Shown here: positions 62,925 through 64,000 of the stretch, in pieces
Position numbering within the stretch: the first letter of the stretch is position 1
Layout of the letters: each line of letters begins with the position of its first letter
Origin: an uncultured Acidobacteriota bacterium
GTDB lineage: Bacteria > Acidobacteriota > UBA6911 > RPQK01 > JAPXNP01
Length of the DNA stretch: 64,000 nt
Direction of reading: 5' to 3'
Assembly: GCA_963777605.1 (NCBI GenBank)
Contig: CAVZRV010000027.1
Span: 160,001-224,000, forward strand
The notes under the pieces: model-generated
Told to the model about the DNA's origin: nothing
Databases searched by the model: none
The model's input: only the letters and a program-made list of their open reading frames with translations
Made by a program: the position numbers and the translations under genes

Positions 62925-63537
62925 ACCGCGCTGCAATCCCGGTCGTCGTCAACCCTTCGTCGCCCCGTTTCCGAACCGCCTTCCAGGCCTCGGGCTTCAT
63001 GTTGCCCTCCCCAAAGTCTGACTACGGCCAGAGCGAATTTCTCCGACGAATTTCATCCACCCGTCCCAAAGGCTAGCAGATTGATCGGTTCCGCCTGTCC
63101 GAACACGATGGCAATCTGGGTCCAAACGCGGTCCATTCTCGCACCGATCGTGCGTTTACCCAATCCCCTGTGCGGGGCTTCCCCTGCAAACCGACACCCC
63201 ACGGCAGTGTAGGCTTGCCAGGTGGCGGGAATGGCTATCCGGAACAAGGTCGTTTTTTGTGTCTCGCCCTGGCTTGAGGCGCAATTGGCCGAAGCGCCTT
63301 TCATACCCGCTCGCTCGTTTGGAACGCCAAGGCTTGAAGGGCGCCAGGGTTGTTTGGGTTGAAAATGAATGGGGATTTTGCGTTCAGGGAACCCTGACGG
63401 TTTAATCACTCGGCTGCTCCGAGAAGGAGTTCCTCGAGGCCGTAGGTGCGCTGTCACCCGAACTGAGCCAAATCGCCACCTCCTGAAGTCGTCCAGTCCG
63501 TCAAATCTGCGTAGTTTCCACGGATACCCCTTCCTGC

Positions 63538-63728
63538 AATGTCCGCAAGAGGAAACTCATCGACGATCGCATCAGCCGTTCCGTGAACGGACAGAAAAAC
63601 GGCGACGCGGAAGGGAGCGATAGCTAGTGGCACGAATTGTTGTTGATCCGATCACGCGCTTCGAAGGGCGCCTCAGAATCGAAGCGGTTGTCGAGGAGTG
63701 TCGAGTAGCCGGCATCTTGAGGCACTGA
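63538..63728 (+). pseudogene. [NiFe]-hydrogenase remnant: probable small-subunit tail plus first ~24 codons of the large subunit
   Basis: GTG at 63627 reads MARIVVDPITRFEGRLRIEAVVE (canonical VVDPITRIEGHLRIE) and stops at 63728. It overlaps the TAG of an upstream NVRKRKLI... tail. Confidence 0.75.
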
Positions 63729-64000
63729 ACGACAGCCGGCAAGGAACTCACCAGGCCATCCAACAACTCTGCCGGTGCCGGCGCTTCCAGAACCGGTAAG
63801 CAGTTGCTTTGCCGGTCCAGAGATCGGCGTCCGGCCTCGTCCGTGGCCCACAGGCGGTTCACCCCGCAGCCAGAATCTCGCTCTGATGTCAGAGGTTGAG
63901 ATATCGATCGTAGAACGAGAGCGATGACTGCTGCCGCACGGTCAGCCCGTCTGATTTGCGCCGGACCTCCACTTCATAGGGCATCTCGGAACTCCCGGAA

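Overview
GC-rich bacterial window. The gene content (Oar-type TonB receptor, DUF1080 and Tat-exported sugar enzymes, Hanks kinase-ATPase-TPR) suggests an Acidobacteria-like genome, which is inference only. Bases 1-44.7 kb are mostly intact metabolic genes: zwf/pgl, an OPT-PqqD-PepD peptide locus, glycoside hydrolases, peptidases and malic enzyme. They also include an unusual co-oriented run of Nramp-like transporter, enolase-superfamily enzyme, truncated MurF-like ligase, DUF1611-like P-loop protein and CapK/PaaK-like adenylating enzyme. From about 44.9 kb onward the window is rich in gene remnants (hemerythrin, GH16, MCP, histidine kinase, NiFe-hydrogenase) and in genes broken by single-base frameshifts, many probably long-read indel errors. 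The strongest sequence-level signal is an intact RAYT-type HUH tyrosine transposase (56144-57070). It has a perfect 38-bp tandem repeat upstream and a dispersed, co-oriented family of short palindromes C[A/T]AGGGA-CA[C/G]-TC[C/A]C, including a doublet inside a lipoprotein signal-peptide coding region. No rRNA, tRNA or CRISPR array was recognised. All family assignments come from motif recognition by eye, not database searches.
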